In this document: in pieces, positions 28,201 through 40,200 of the stretch | Numbering within the stretch: position 1 is the stretch's first letter | Layout: every line of letters starts with the position of its first letter | Assembly (NCBI GenBank): GCA_965112735.1 | Contig: OZ218951.1 | Coordinates: 496,001 to 560,000 of the forward strand | Direction of reading: 5' to 3' | From: Phaeosaccion multiseriatum | Taxonomy: Eukaryota > Protista > Ochrophyta, other classes | DNA length: 64,000 bases | The notes under the pieces: model-generated | The model's database searches: none | Seen by the model: only the letters and a program-made list of their open reading frames with translations | What the model was told of the DNA's origin: nothing | Translations under genes and position numbers: made by a program

Positions 28201-31200
28201 GCTGGAGCTCGCCGGCGTCCCTGTGACGCTGCCTGTGACCATGGAGCCCGTGGGTCAGGGCGGGCGGACAGGAGTGCTCGTTGCTGCCGTGAGCTCTTTC
28301 GGTGCCGGCGGAACCAATGCTCACGCCGTGCTATCCGGTCCCAGAGCTGGGAGTACGGCCGCGCATACCGACGGAGAGGGCGTCGGCTTCAACGATGCTC
28401 TTCAGAAGGACAGCGAGTCAGAGCGTGGCGCATTGTACCGCACACGCCAAGCGTTTCGTTGGTTCAGGCCTCCACTGGCATTCATGCCCAGCGGCGAGGT
28501 GGTCCAAGAGGGAGACGGAATGCGGCTCTCTTGCCCCTTCTCGCCTCACATCAAGGACCTTCTCAAGGACCACGCAGTCAACAATGTGGTGATCATTCCA
28601 GGGGTGACGTACATTGAAGTGGGTGTTGTCACTGCTCTAGAAGCAAGACAGCTCGGGGTGGAGCAGCAAGTCGTCCTGCAAGGAGCCAACTTTGTGGCTC
28701 CATTGGAGATTGAGGGTTTCCAGCACACGGGCACGGACAAAGCGCAGAGCCGCAATACTATTGTCTGTGACGGCTTGAGTGCTCTACACGCGAGCGATGG
28801 AAGCATGCAGTTTTTCGGAGGCGTTGAGGGTGACAAGGGAGCGACCGCGAGGATGGAACACGTGTCTGTCATGGAGCGAACCGAGCCGCGTGACATGCTG
28901 GATATAGAGGGAATCAAGGGGCGGGTAGGGACTGTGGACTTGGCCCATGGCCTGTACAAGGCCATGGCGGATGCCAACTTCAACTATGGCCCTCGCTTTG
29001 AGCGGAGTTTACAGATGTTCGCCAATGACGGAGAGGTGCTATCGGTCGTGCGTGCTCTCGACTCGGACCTGTGCGAGCCTTGGGAGGCGACGGGCTTTGC
29101 TCTGCACCCTGCGGTGCTCGACAATGCGACTCACTCACTTTTGCACGCAATCCCACGCCAGTTGTTGAGAGCGAGGGATGGAGCTCCATTCCTGCCCGTT
29201 GGCTTTGACGAGGTGATCGTTTCTGCCCCCATATCGGGAGCAAAGGTATGGGTGCACACGACGCTCGGTGAAGTGGAGCCCGGGGGCAACTGCGTCAAGT
29301 TTGACATCAAGATTGCCGACTTTGATAGCAAGCAGATTCTTTTGGAGATGCGTGGGTTCCGGGCTCAGCGGGCGAGAGGCTTTGTGCGCTCCAATCCGCT
29401 TCGTCGGGCGATGTACACGCTTAAATGGCAGACCACTGAGTCGTCTACACAGGAGGAGGCCCCTGGTAGTGATACTGACCCTGCTGAGGCGGCGGTGCCA
29501 CAGAAGTGGCTGGTGGTTATTCCACAGGACGAGAGGGAGGAAGAGATTTCAATCATTGCTGCAGTGCGGCACTGTGTTCCGGAGAACGTGCACATACACA
29601 CTCGATATGGGGGGATGGACGCCTCCTGGGATGATGGTGCTCTTCTTTTTGGAGAGGACGAGTGGGCTCGCGTCTTGTACGTGCCGATCTCTGGGGATGG
29701 CAAAGAAGACGCAGAAGGAAGCCCGCAAGCACGAGCGGCCTACGCTCTGCTATCGCTACTCAGGAGCATGTCCACTACGTCGAATGTGCCGCTGACGGTC
29801 TTGACGAGGGGCGTCCAAAGCGGCGAGGACTGGCGTGACAGCTGGGTGACTGGGCTGGTGCGGACTGCGAGAGTGGAGCACCCCTCCCTGCAGATTGGCG
29901 TGGTGGACCTCAGCGGCAAGAAGGACCAAGACAGCGAGCTTGCCTTAGGCTTGGCCTTCCCTACTGCCATAGAAGATGTGTGGGTACGCGACGGACAGTG
30001 CTGGGCTCCTCGGCTTGTACGTCAGCCCCTGCAGCTTCCCTTCTCAATAGATTTGAAGGCAAGAGGCAGCATTGCCGACGCTTTCGCCCTTCGCGATGAT
30101 GTGAACCATGGCAAACACCAGCCCCTTGACCCAGCTGGCAGCTCCGTACAGGTGGCAGTGAGGGCAGTTGGTCTTAACTTCCGAGACGTGCTGAATGTGC
30201 TGGACATGTACCCTGGCGACCCTGGAGATCCTTGCTCCGAGTTCGCCGGAGAGGTGATCAGTGTGGGAGGAAGCTCGCGCTTCAGTGTCGGCGATGCAGT
30301 GTTTGGCTTTGGCGATGCGGGATGTTTGCGCAGTCATGTGACGACGAGTGATGTGTGTCTGGCCGTGATGCCGGCCGTGCTGCGCTTCGAGCAGGCCGCT
30401 GCACTTCCCATCGTGTGCTTGACGGTAGTGAAGGCCTTCCACGACCTCAAGGCTGGAGAGAAGGTGTTGATTCACGCCGCATCGGGCGGTGTGGGTCTTG
30501 CCGCCGTGCAGTATGCTCAGCGGGTGGGCGCAGAGGTGTACGCTACTGCCGGTGCTGCTGTGAAGCATGACTTCCTCCGGAGCTTGGGAGTGGAGCACAT
30601 TGCGTCATCGAGAGACGCAGAGGCGTTCAAGCAGTCCATGGGTGAGGTGAAGGTGGATGTGGTGCTCAACTCACTGAGCAGGGACTACATTCCCTTCTCG
30701 CTGGCCATGCTAAGCGAGGGCGGTAGATTCGTGGAGATTGGGAAGAGAGGTGTATGGAGTCACGAGCAGATGCGCACCGCCCGGTCCGATGTGAGGTACA
30801 ACCTCGTCGCTGTGGACGCCATTGTCGAGTCCGACTTTTCGGCGGGTGAGCCGGGCTGGATAAGCGACGAGCTGCAGCATCTGGCTGAAGACTGCATGTC
30901 TGGCAATGTGAAGCCGTTACCGACCATACCATTTGACATGAGGGAGGATACCCAGAAGGCCATGGCACTCATGAGCCAAGCAAAGCACATCGGCAAGGTG
31001 GTGCTGACCAACCCCTCGTACGGTGTGCCAGTCGTGTCCGATGGCACGTACGTCATCAGCGGCGGTCTGGGCGCTCTCGGCCTCGTGACGGCCCAGCACC
31101 TCGTGTCGAGGGGCGCTCGTCACCTTGTGCTGCTGTCGAGGAGTGGGAAGGTCGCCGAAAGCATGACAGAGCAGTGGCAGCAGCTTCAGAACAAGGTGGA

Positions 31201-34200
31201 GCTGACAATCCATACTCCTACTTGCGATGTTGCTGACGCGGAGGCACTTCGGACTTGCCTGGGGGGCGTGCTGCCTCTGCTCCCCCCTGTACGCGGTGTG
31301 GTGCATGCTGCCGGGGTGCTGGATGATATGCTGCTGGGAGAGCAGACGGCGGAGAGCGTGATGAACGTCTTCCGACCGAAGGTGCAGGGGGCGATTAACT
31401 TGCACGAGCTTTCGTTGGCTTGGGCGACGGAGGAGGGGCGCGCTCCTGGCCTTGACTTCTTCTTTTGCTTCACATCCATGGCCGGAGTACTGGGTAACGC
31501 TGGACAGGCCAACTACGCTGCAGCGAATGCGGCTGTGGACGGGCTGATGCGGCACAGGCGACAGCTCGGGCTCACAGGGACGTCATTGCAGTGGGGGCCG
31601 TGGGCTGACGTTGGTATGGCTGCCCAGCTCGACATTGTTCAAAAACAGTTAGAGCTTGCGGGTGTGGGCACGGTGTCAGCAGAGCTCGGTATGGCTGCCT
31701 TAGATGCCGCTGCGATGCCGTCAGCGTACTTGGGCGATGTTGCCGTTCTGCCTGGGATGGACTGGGGCAAGTTTGCAGACAGCTTGGGTGCGTCCCGCGG
31801 CTCGTTCCTTCTGTCAGGGCTTGTCTCAACAGCAGCGGGCGCGTCGAGCAACACCGAAATCAACAATGAAGTGCGCGAGGCGCTCTTGAGACTGCCGCCT
31901 GGCGAGCGACTGCAATCAGTGCGATTGGCGGTGCTTGATATCGCCAAGGACCTACTTGGAGAGGGTTCCGAAGAGCTGGACGCGAACACGCCTTTGATGG
32001 AAGCAGGTCTTGACTCTTTGTCAACGGTGGAGCTGCGCGGCCGGCTACAGGCTCGCTTCGGGGTTGTAGTGACCACTGACGTGCTCTTCGCGTATCCCAC
32101 GGTAGCGGCGCTGGCAGTGTGGATCGAAGCGGAGGTGCTTGGCGAGGTAGAGGAACCCTCTAGCAGTCGCTCTGCGGCGATTGCTGCTGAAGCGCACCAC
32201 ACTGACTCAAGGGCGCCGCTGGCCGTCGTCGGGATAGCCTGTCGCTTCCCTGGAGGGGTTCAGAACCCCGAGGACTTCTGGGCTATGCTCTGTGCAGGGA
32301 CAGACTGTATTGGAGCCAGCCCACTTGGACGCTGGGCCGAGGAAGGTCAGAAGCAGTGGCAAGGGGGCTTCATTGATGGAGTGGAGGCTTTTGACAACAC
32401 CTTCTTCGGTATCTCTGCGGCCGAGGCGGGTGCCATGGACCCTCATCAGCGCGTCATGCTGGAGGTGGGGTACGAGGCTCTGCACAGGGCGGGATACCGC
32501 AAGGATACACTACATGGCAGCAACACGGGTGTGTTCGTGGGTATGTCCGGCAGCGAGTGGGGCTCAGTAGTAGACGATGCGAACAAGGGTGCGTACTCCG
32601 TCATGGGCATGTCCAATGCGAGTCCGGCAAATCGGATGTCTTACGTGCTGGGCCTCGGAGGGCCGAGCATGAGTGTCGACACGGCGTGCTCGTCGTCTTT
32701 GGTGGCACTGGAAGGGGCCTGCAGCAGCTTGCGACTGGGCAAGTGTGACATCGCCTTGGTGGGAGGCGTCAACTTGCTGCTGGGTACACAGTCGTTTGAG
32801 ACCCTCGCCGAAGGAGGTTTCCTGAGTCTTGACTGGTAAGTGCGTGTCTCTTCTGTGTGGGTGGGAGCTTGTTCTTGGGGCTGCTATGAGAGCCATATCA
32901 AAAGGCCCAAGCTGTCTGAAAGGCCCCTATTGCTGCTGATGGATTTCCTCTTGTCTGCTCTTCACTTTTGCAAACCCTCAATGGTCAGGCGCTGCAAGAC
33001 GTTCGACGCTGCGGCCAACGGTTACGTTCGAGGTGAGGGCTGCGGCGCCGTGGTACTGAAGCGACTGGACGATGCACAGGCCAATGGCGACCACATCCTC
33101 GCAGTCGTCAATGGCTGCGCTGCGAACCACAACGGGAGAAGTTTGCGCTACACTGCCCCGAGCCCTTCTGCTCAGCAGCGTCTGATGGAGCAGGCACTGG
33201 CGGAGGCCGGCTTGAGCGGTGTGGAGGTTGATTACGTGGAGGCGCACGGCACCGGGACTTCTCTCGGCGACCCCATCGAGATGAGTGCTTTGAGGGCCGT
33301 GTATGGCCATGGCCGTGAGGAAGCTCGGCCCCTGGTGGTTGGGGCGGTGAAGACCAACATCGGGCATCTAGAGGGTGCGTCCGGAGTCGCTGGCCTCATC
33401 AAAGCTCTGCTGGTCCTTCAGCACGGATCTGCTCCCCCCAATCTCCACATGAGGAAGCTCAACCCGGAGCTTCGTTTGGATGGCTTTCCGGTGACTTTGC
33501 CGTCTGCCATGGTGCCACTAAGTGCCAGGGATGGGGAGAGGCGTACTGCTGGTGTCAGCTCCTTCGGTGCGGGAGGAGCCAACGCCCATGTGGTGCTCAG
33601 CAGCTTCGGACCGACTCTAGTAGAGGAGAGCGAGAGCGGAGCCTTGCTGCAGCTTGATGTGCAGCAAAGCAAGAAGAGATCGCCGGTGACGTTCTTGTTC
33701 ACTGGACAGGGCTCGCAGTACGTGGGCATGGGCAGAGAGCTGTACGAGAAGGAGGGCGTGTTCCGCGAGTGCGTGCAGCGGTGCAGTACGCTGCTCATGG
33801 AGCGGGCTTGGCTGGACAAGTCTGTGGTGGAGCTCATGTACCCTGCCGCCGCTGAGGACGGGGAGGAGGATGAGGAGGAGGAGGAGACTGCACCAGCGCT
33901 GCTGAAGGAGACGCGCTACTGCCAGCCATGCCTGTTTGTGCTGGAGTACGCCCTGTGTGAGCTGTGGAGATCGGAGGGCGTGGAGCCGTCCATGGTGATG
34001 GGCCACAGCCTGGGCGAGGTAGTGGCGGCGTGCGTGGCCGGCGTCATGTCGCTGGAGGACGGGCTGATGCTGTCCGCCAAGAGAGGAGCCGCCATGCAGG
34101 CCTGCCCCGAGGGCAAGGGAGTGATGTTCGCAGTGAGGGCAGGCAAGGAGGCGACTTTGGCAAGCATCGACGCTGCGGGGGGAGCAGGCGAGGTGGTGCT

Positions 34201-37200
34201 GGCGTCGTCGAATGGACCGAGCGCGAGCGTGATCTCTGGAGCTCGCAGCGCTGTGGACAAGGTGGTGGAGAAGCTCACGGCAGATGGGGTGGGCTGCAAG
34301 GCCCTGGAGGTGTCGCACGCCTTCCACTCTCCTCTGATGGAGCCCGCTGTACTTGCGCTGGAGGAGGTTCTGAGGCAGGTGTCGTTCAGCGCCCCACGCA
34401 TTCCCCTGGTGTCCAACGTGACGGGTGAGGTGGTGAGAGCGGAGGAGGTGACGCAGGCGACGTATTGGGTGCAACACATGCTGTCGCCAGTGCTGTTCGC
34501 AGAAGGCATCCACACGGTGGTGGAGCACTGGATGGGAGACGGGAGGGGGGCTGACCTGAGCATCGTTGAGGTGGGCCCCAACCCTGTGCTGAGCAGTATG
34601 GGAGCCAAGTGCGAGCGTCGCGAGGGCCTGGCGTGGATCTCTTCTCTCACGCGCGGGAAGAGCTCTGAGGATTCGTTTCGAGTAGCTCTGAGTACAGTGC
34701 AGCAGCAAGAGAGTAAGGGCAAGGAGCACATCCTGTTCCCAACGCGCAAAGCCTTTCCTTGGTACACAGCGCGAGCCACAGCAGCACCTCAGCCGCGGAG
34801 TGAAGCTGAGCAGGGCCCGCTCTATGTTGTTGAGTGGGAGGCGGTGGGGGTGCCCACGGCTTCGCAGCAGGCTTCGCTGACCGGCAGCCTTCCGTGGCTC
34901 GTCGTGATTCCCCAGGCAGCTGAAGAGCAGCACGCTTCGAACAACCACAGAGCCTTGGAAGCTGTCCGAAGCGCGGCGACAGCAAGTGGTGTGGAGGTGC
35001 ACGTGGTGGAGGCGGTCGATTCAGACGCGCAGCCCCGTGGGGCCCATCTCTTCTACTTGACGTCAGCAACGGGCTCTGCTACCGATGGGGCAATCCACTT
35101 TGTGCAAACTGTACAGAGCTTCGACGGGGACGCGGCAGTGATACCGATCACGGTGGTGACAACGGGTGTGTACAGCGGGGCTGGTTGGCAGGACAGCTGG
35201 GCAGTGGGACTGGTGAGAAGCGTCCGCCTGGAGCGGGGCGACCTCGATATGAACCACATTGACCTTGAGTATGCCATGTATCCACATTCTGAGGATGCTC
35301 GACCTAGAGTAGAGAACATGGAAGCCCAAGCTATCTCCCAGGCTGTGACGCTGGCTGCAGGAGCCCGCGACGGCGGCCGAGGCGTGGACCTGCTGGTTCG
35401 AGAGTGTGAGATCCTCGCTCCGAGGCTGGTGCCCAGCACACTCCATCTGACATCGGCAGGAGTCGATCGCTTCACGTGCAGGGAGGATGGGACCTACCTG
35501 ATCAGCGGTGGTCTGGGGGGGCTGGGGCTGGTGACGGCGAATCACTTGGTCTCCCAGGGCGCTCGACACTTGCTCCTCCTTTCTCGTAGCGGCCGGGCGG
35601 CGGAGGAAGTTTCAGAGCTGTGGCAGGCCCTGCAGAGTATGGAGAGTGTCACCGCTGTGGCCGTGGCCTGCGATGTGTCCGACATGCATCAGCTTCGAGA
35701 TGCTGTGGCAACGGCCTTGGTGGGACTGCCTCATGTTCGGGGTGTGATCCACGCAGCGGGGGTGAATGGCGCAAAGAGAATGTTGTCGGGCGAGACGGAA
35801 GAGAACGTGCGAAATGTCTTTGCCGCCAAGGTCCAGGGAGGTTGGAACCTCCACGCGCTGTGCCTTGAGTGGGTGGCGAGCGGCAGGGAGGAGGTCGACT
35901 TCTTCGTCTCGTACTCATCGACCTCCGCTTTGCTTGGCTTGTCCAATCAAAGCGCCTATGCCGGGGCAAACGCTGCTTTGGACGGGCTGATGCGGTATCG
36001 CCGGCAGCAGCTTGGCCTTCCTGCTTCCAACGTTCAGTGGGGCCCATGGGGCGACGTGGGTATGGCGGTGCGGCTTGAGATGGCGTCGAAAGCTGCGGAG
36101 ATGGCCGGAGTGGGCCTGATCTCATCGGCGCTAGGTATGAAGGCTCTGGATGCCGTCCTTGCAAGTCAAACGCAAGCCAACGCGCAGGAGGTGGCCGTCA
36201 TGCCGGGCATGAGGTGGGGCAGATTTCGAGCGAGCTTGGACCCTGTGCACAGCGCTTTCCTCGGGCAGTTGACGGACCGCGGAGAAAGTGGTGAGGCGGC
36301 AAAGGGCTACAGCGTCAATGCCGAGGTGCGGGAGGAGCTCCTGCACTTGCCGGAGTCAGCACGGCGGGAGAGGATCGAGCAAGTCCTGACGGGTATGGCA
36401 GTCGAGTGTGTTGGAGATGACTTCACCTTGGCAGCAGAGATGCCCTTGGTGGAAGCCGGACTCGATTCGATGGCGGCCGTGGAGTTTGGCAAGCGAGTCG
36501 AGGCCTGGTGTGGTGTCACCATGTCGAGCGGCGCCTTCTTTACGTATCCATCGGTGTCTGCAATGGCTGCATGGGTCGAAGAGGAAGTGCTGGGAGCGGA
36601 CTCGGGGCCGCTGAGTGAGCTTGATGATCAAGCAACAGGTCTTTCGCACTACTCCTTGGATGCTGACGCCCCCGCGGCTTACCAGCAGGAGCACATGTAC
36701 CTTTCAGATATAGCACTGCGGACGACTGCACCTGGCGGGCAGAGCGCGTACAATCTCCCAGTGGTGCTGCCGCTGCCAGTCTCGCTGATCTCCGGACGAA
36801 CATCCGCTGAAATTGTGGACATGATAGCACAAGTGTTAGGCAGCATAGTGGAGCGACACGACGTTCTCCGGACGGTGCTTGAGTGGACAAAGCAGGGCTC
36901 TCTGAGGCAGGTTCAGCTTGGAATTACTGCAGCCGCGGTGGTGTCAGCTTGTCTCTCTTCTGCCGTGGCCAGCAGTGTTGGGGCGGCTCGGAGCCTGATC
37001 GAGGCCGATATCGCTCGTCCATTCGATTTGGAGCGGAGCCAGCCTCTATGGCGTACGTTGGTCGTACACCTCCCGCAGCAGAGCGGAGTGGAGGAGCAGT
37101 ATGCCGCGGTATCTACTTTCCATCATTGCATCTTTGATGGTGTATCCTACTTGCTCTTCCAGAGCGAGTTCAGGGCCACATGCGCAGCTGCCATGGCGGG

Positions 37201-40200
37201 GAGAGGCATTGCACAGGACCTACCGGCTCTGCCCTTCAGCTTCGCGGACTACTCCAGGTGGCAACGAGCTCGCCTGGACGGCGAAGGTCGTATTGAGGAG
37301 CTGCTCGAATATTGGCAGGGTCAACTGGCTGGTACCAGTCCACTGCAACTGCCTCTCCATCAGCGACATGCCCAAAAGGGCCTCAGTGGAGAAATGGTGC
37401 ATGAAGATATCAGTGTGGGAGGAAGTGGGAGGGTGGACTTGGTGCTACCCAATGCAGTGGTGGTCAAGTTGAGTAAACTGTGCGCGGATAGCTCCGCCAC
37501 GCTGTTTGTGGGGCTCATGGGCGCGTTCCAAGTGCTGCTGGCTCGTGTGTGCGGAGCGGAGGATGTGGTGGTGGGCACTGCGCACTTCGGAAGAGACATG
37601 GCGCAAGGCTTGGAGGGCGTGCTGGGATGCTTCGTCAACACCCTCGCGTTCCGTCTGGGCCTGGGAGGAAGGCCCAGCTTTCGGGAGGTGCTGCTTCGCG
37701 TACAGGTCGCGTATCTGGGTGCCATGAAGCATGCCGAGGCGCCATTCCACAAGGTGGTGGAGCGGGCCCAGCTGGGCAGAGATGCTCGTGGCAAGGCACT
37801 GCAGGCCTTCTTTGTACTGCAGGAGGCGGGTTTGGATACTTTGAAGAATCAGGAGGCGGGTGTGGATAGTTGGAAGAATAATACGACTGACATCGAGCTA
37901 AGCCTTGTGCGCAGCACGGACAGTGCGTCGGACATGCACGGCAGCCTGTGCTACAATACGGCGGTGCTCGACCAGGCCACAGTGGAGACCCTGGGGCGGA
38001 GCTTCCTGGCGCTGCTGGAGAGCGCAGTGGGCAGGCCGGGCCAGAACGTGTGGAAGCTGAGTCTCTTGGCACACGAGGACCGTGTGAAGGTGGTGGAGAC
38101 GTTGAGCGGCGCTGCACTGGTGGCGGGGGATGCCAATGGAGACGAGGAGGGAGGTGCAGAGGAAGCATCGCCACCACCGCCCCTCCTGCACGCGGTTTTC
38201 GAAGAGATGGCCTCTCGCAGTCCGGAGCAGGAAGCCCTGCACGAGTATGAGACGGGTCGAGTGATGAGCTACGGGGAGCTGAATGGGCATGCGAATGCGG
38301 TGGCATGCATGCTGCAGGGGAGGGGCGTGGGGCCGGAGTGCCTGGTGGGGGTGCTGATTGCTGGGGACTGCGTGGAGGCGGTTGTGGCAGTGCTGGGCGT
38401 GCTCAAGGCCGGGGCGGCGTACGTGCCCCTGGATCCCGAGCATCCCGACGATAGGCTGTCGATGATCGCACAAGACACCGGGCTGAGCGTCGTTCTGACG
38501 ACGGCAAAGGCATCAGGCGAGTCTGAGGTGCTGGCAACCGCCGATGCCAGCTTAGCGCGGCGTGTCGGAGACGTGAGCTGTGTGGACGTGGTGGCTGTGA
38601 TGCAAGTGGAGAGTACAGCGGAGCCTGTGTGCCACGCCGTGGGCGAGAACATGGCGTACGTGATTCACACGTCCGGTAGTACGGGCCGGCCAAAGGGCGT
38701 GATGATTGAGCACAGAAGCACGGCCAGCTTCATGGCGACTCTCTACGAAGAGGAACTGACCATAACGGCATCTTCGCGCGTGCTTCTGTGCAGCGCTTTG
38801 ACATTTGATGTGTCTGTGGCGTCGCTGTTTGGGGCGTTGTCGTGTGGGGCGACGCTGTGCTTGGCGGAGAAGGGCTCCATGCTGAACGACCTGCCGGAGG
38901 TGATACGGTCTTTGAGGGTAACAGACATGTACTGCACCCCGTCACTGCTGTCGCTACTTCGACCGCAAGACATCACCAATGGTGCTAAGGAGGCCACCTT
39001 ACGGTCCATCGCATTGATTGGGGAGCCGATCAAGGAAGGCCAAGTGGACATGTGGAGGCGCAGTGTTCGCCTTGTCAATAGCTACGGCCCAACAGAGGCG
39101 ACGGTTTCCGCTACCGCACATGAGTACAGTCCGGGTGCCATGTCGAGTGGGTTCGTCATCGGCAAGCCTCGAGCCGGCGTGCAGGTGTATGTGGTGGACA
39201 AGCGTCTGCAGCTGGTGCCTCAGGGCGTCGAGGGCGAGCTGTGCATTGGGGGGAGGCAGCTGGCGCGTGGGTACTTGAATCGCCCAGAGCTCACGTCGAA
39301 GGCCTTCATGCCCGCGCCCTTCCTGGCGGACCAGCGCAGGGTGTATCGTACGGTAAGTCGACAAGGTTGCCCATGGGTATGCGGCTTTGTGTGTGTGCGT
39401 GTATGGTGTGTACATTTGGCTTGCTTTTGGCCTGTCATGCGGTGAAAAGAAGAGAGCGCAGGGGGGGGGGGGTGGAGGTAGGTTTATCTGCTGCCTATGC
39501 TGTAGTAGTGTTCTGATCTGACACATCTCAAACTTAATACGTTCTGACAGGGTGACTTGGTGCGGCAGCTGGCAGACGGATCGCTGGTGTTTAGGGGTCG
39601 CCGAGACTCTCAAGTGAAGGTGCGCGGCCATCGCATTGAGCTGGGCGAGGTGGAGGCTGCGCTGCTCCATCAAGAAGGTGTGAGGAGCGCTGTGGCAGCC
39701 GTGGACAGAGAGCGCGAGACGGTTGTGGCGGCTCTGACACCTTCTAGTGCCGAAGCTGAGATGGTGCTGCAAGGAGTGAGCAAGCTGCTACCGGCATACA
39801 TGGTGCCGAGCACGGCTGTGGCCATGGATGCTCTACCAATGACGAGCAGCGGGAAGCGAGACGTGAAAGAGCTTCTTAGAGCCATTCGAGCGGCACATGA
39901 CCATGGCCCTGGCAGGCAGCGGAGCCTAGGCGTCAGCGATGACGCACCTATGGACGACACCACCCGTCAAGTGCTCGGCATTATGCGAGAGGCCATTGGG
40001 CGACCGGATCTGCGAGCCAGCGGCGACTTGTTCGCCGAGGGAGGCACTTCGCTTGACGCTGCAAGTGTCACAGCACGCATCCGCGCAGAGGTGCCAGGCT
40101 TCGAGGTGAGTGGGATAGAGGGCTGTCTTTCTGGTGTGGCCGGTAGTTCCAAATGGTTTGCTAATATAGTTGTGGACCGTCGGATATCCTTACTCGTTGC

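Larger units (their letters stand above)
14300..36590 (+). repeat. Tandem duplication of a bimodule with a period of about 9.67 kb (AT-KR-ACP unit x3, KS-DH-ER-KR-ACP unit x2), including introns
   Basis: ORFs 18113-23170 and 27782-32839 are both 1685 aa at offset 9669. Introns 17908-18048 and 27577-27717 look identical; introns 23167-23316 and 32836-32988 are highly similar. Confidence 0.95.

Noticed and set aside
17250-30070. The 9669-bp duplication as a pure assembly artefact
   Set aside because: The copies differ by many substitutions in the ER, ACP and KS regions and by small indels, though long reads are still needed to confirm copy number.
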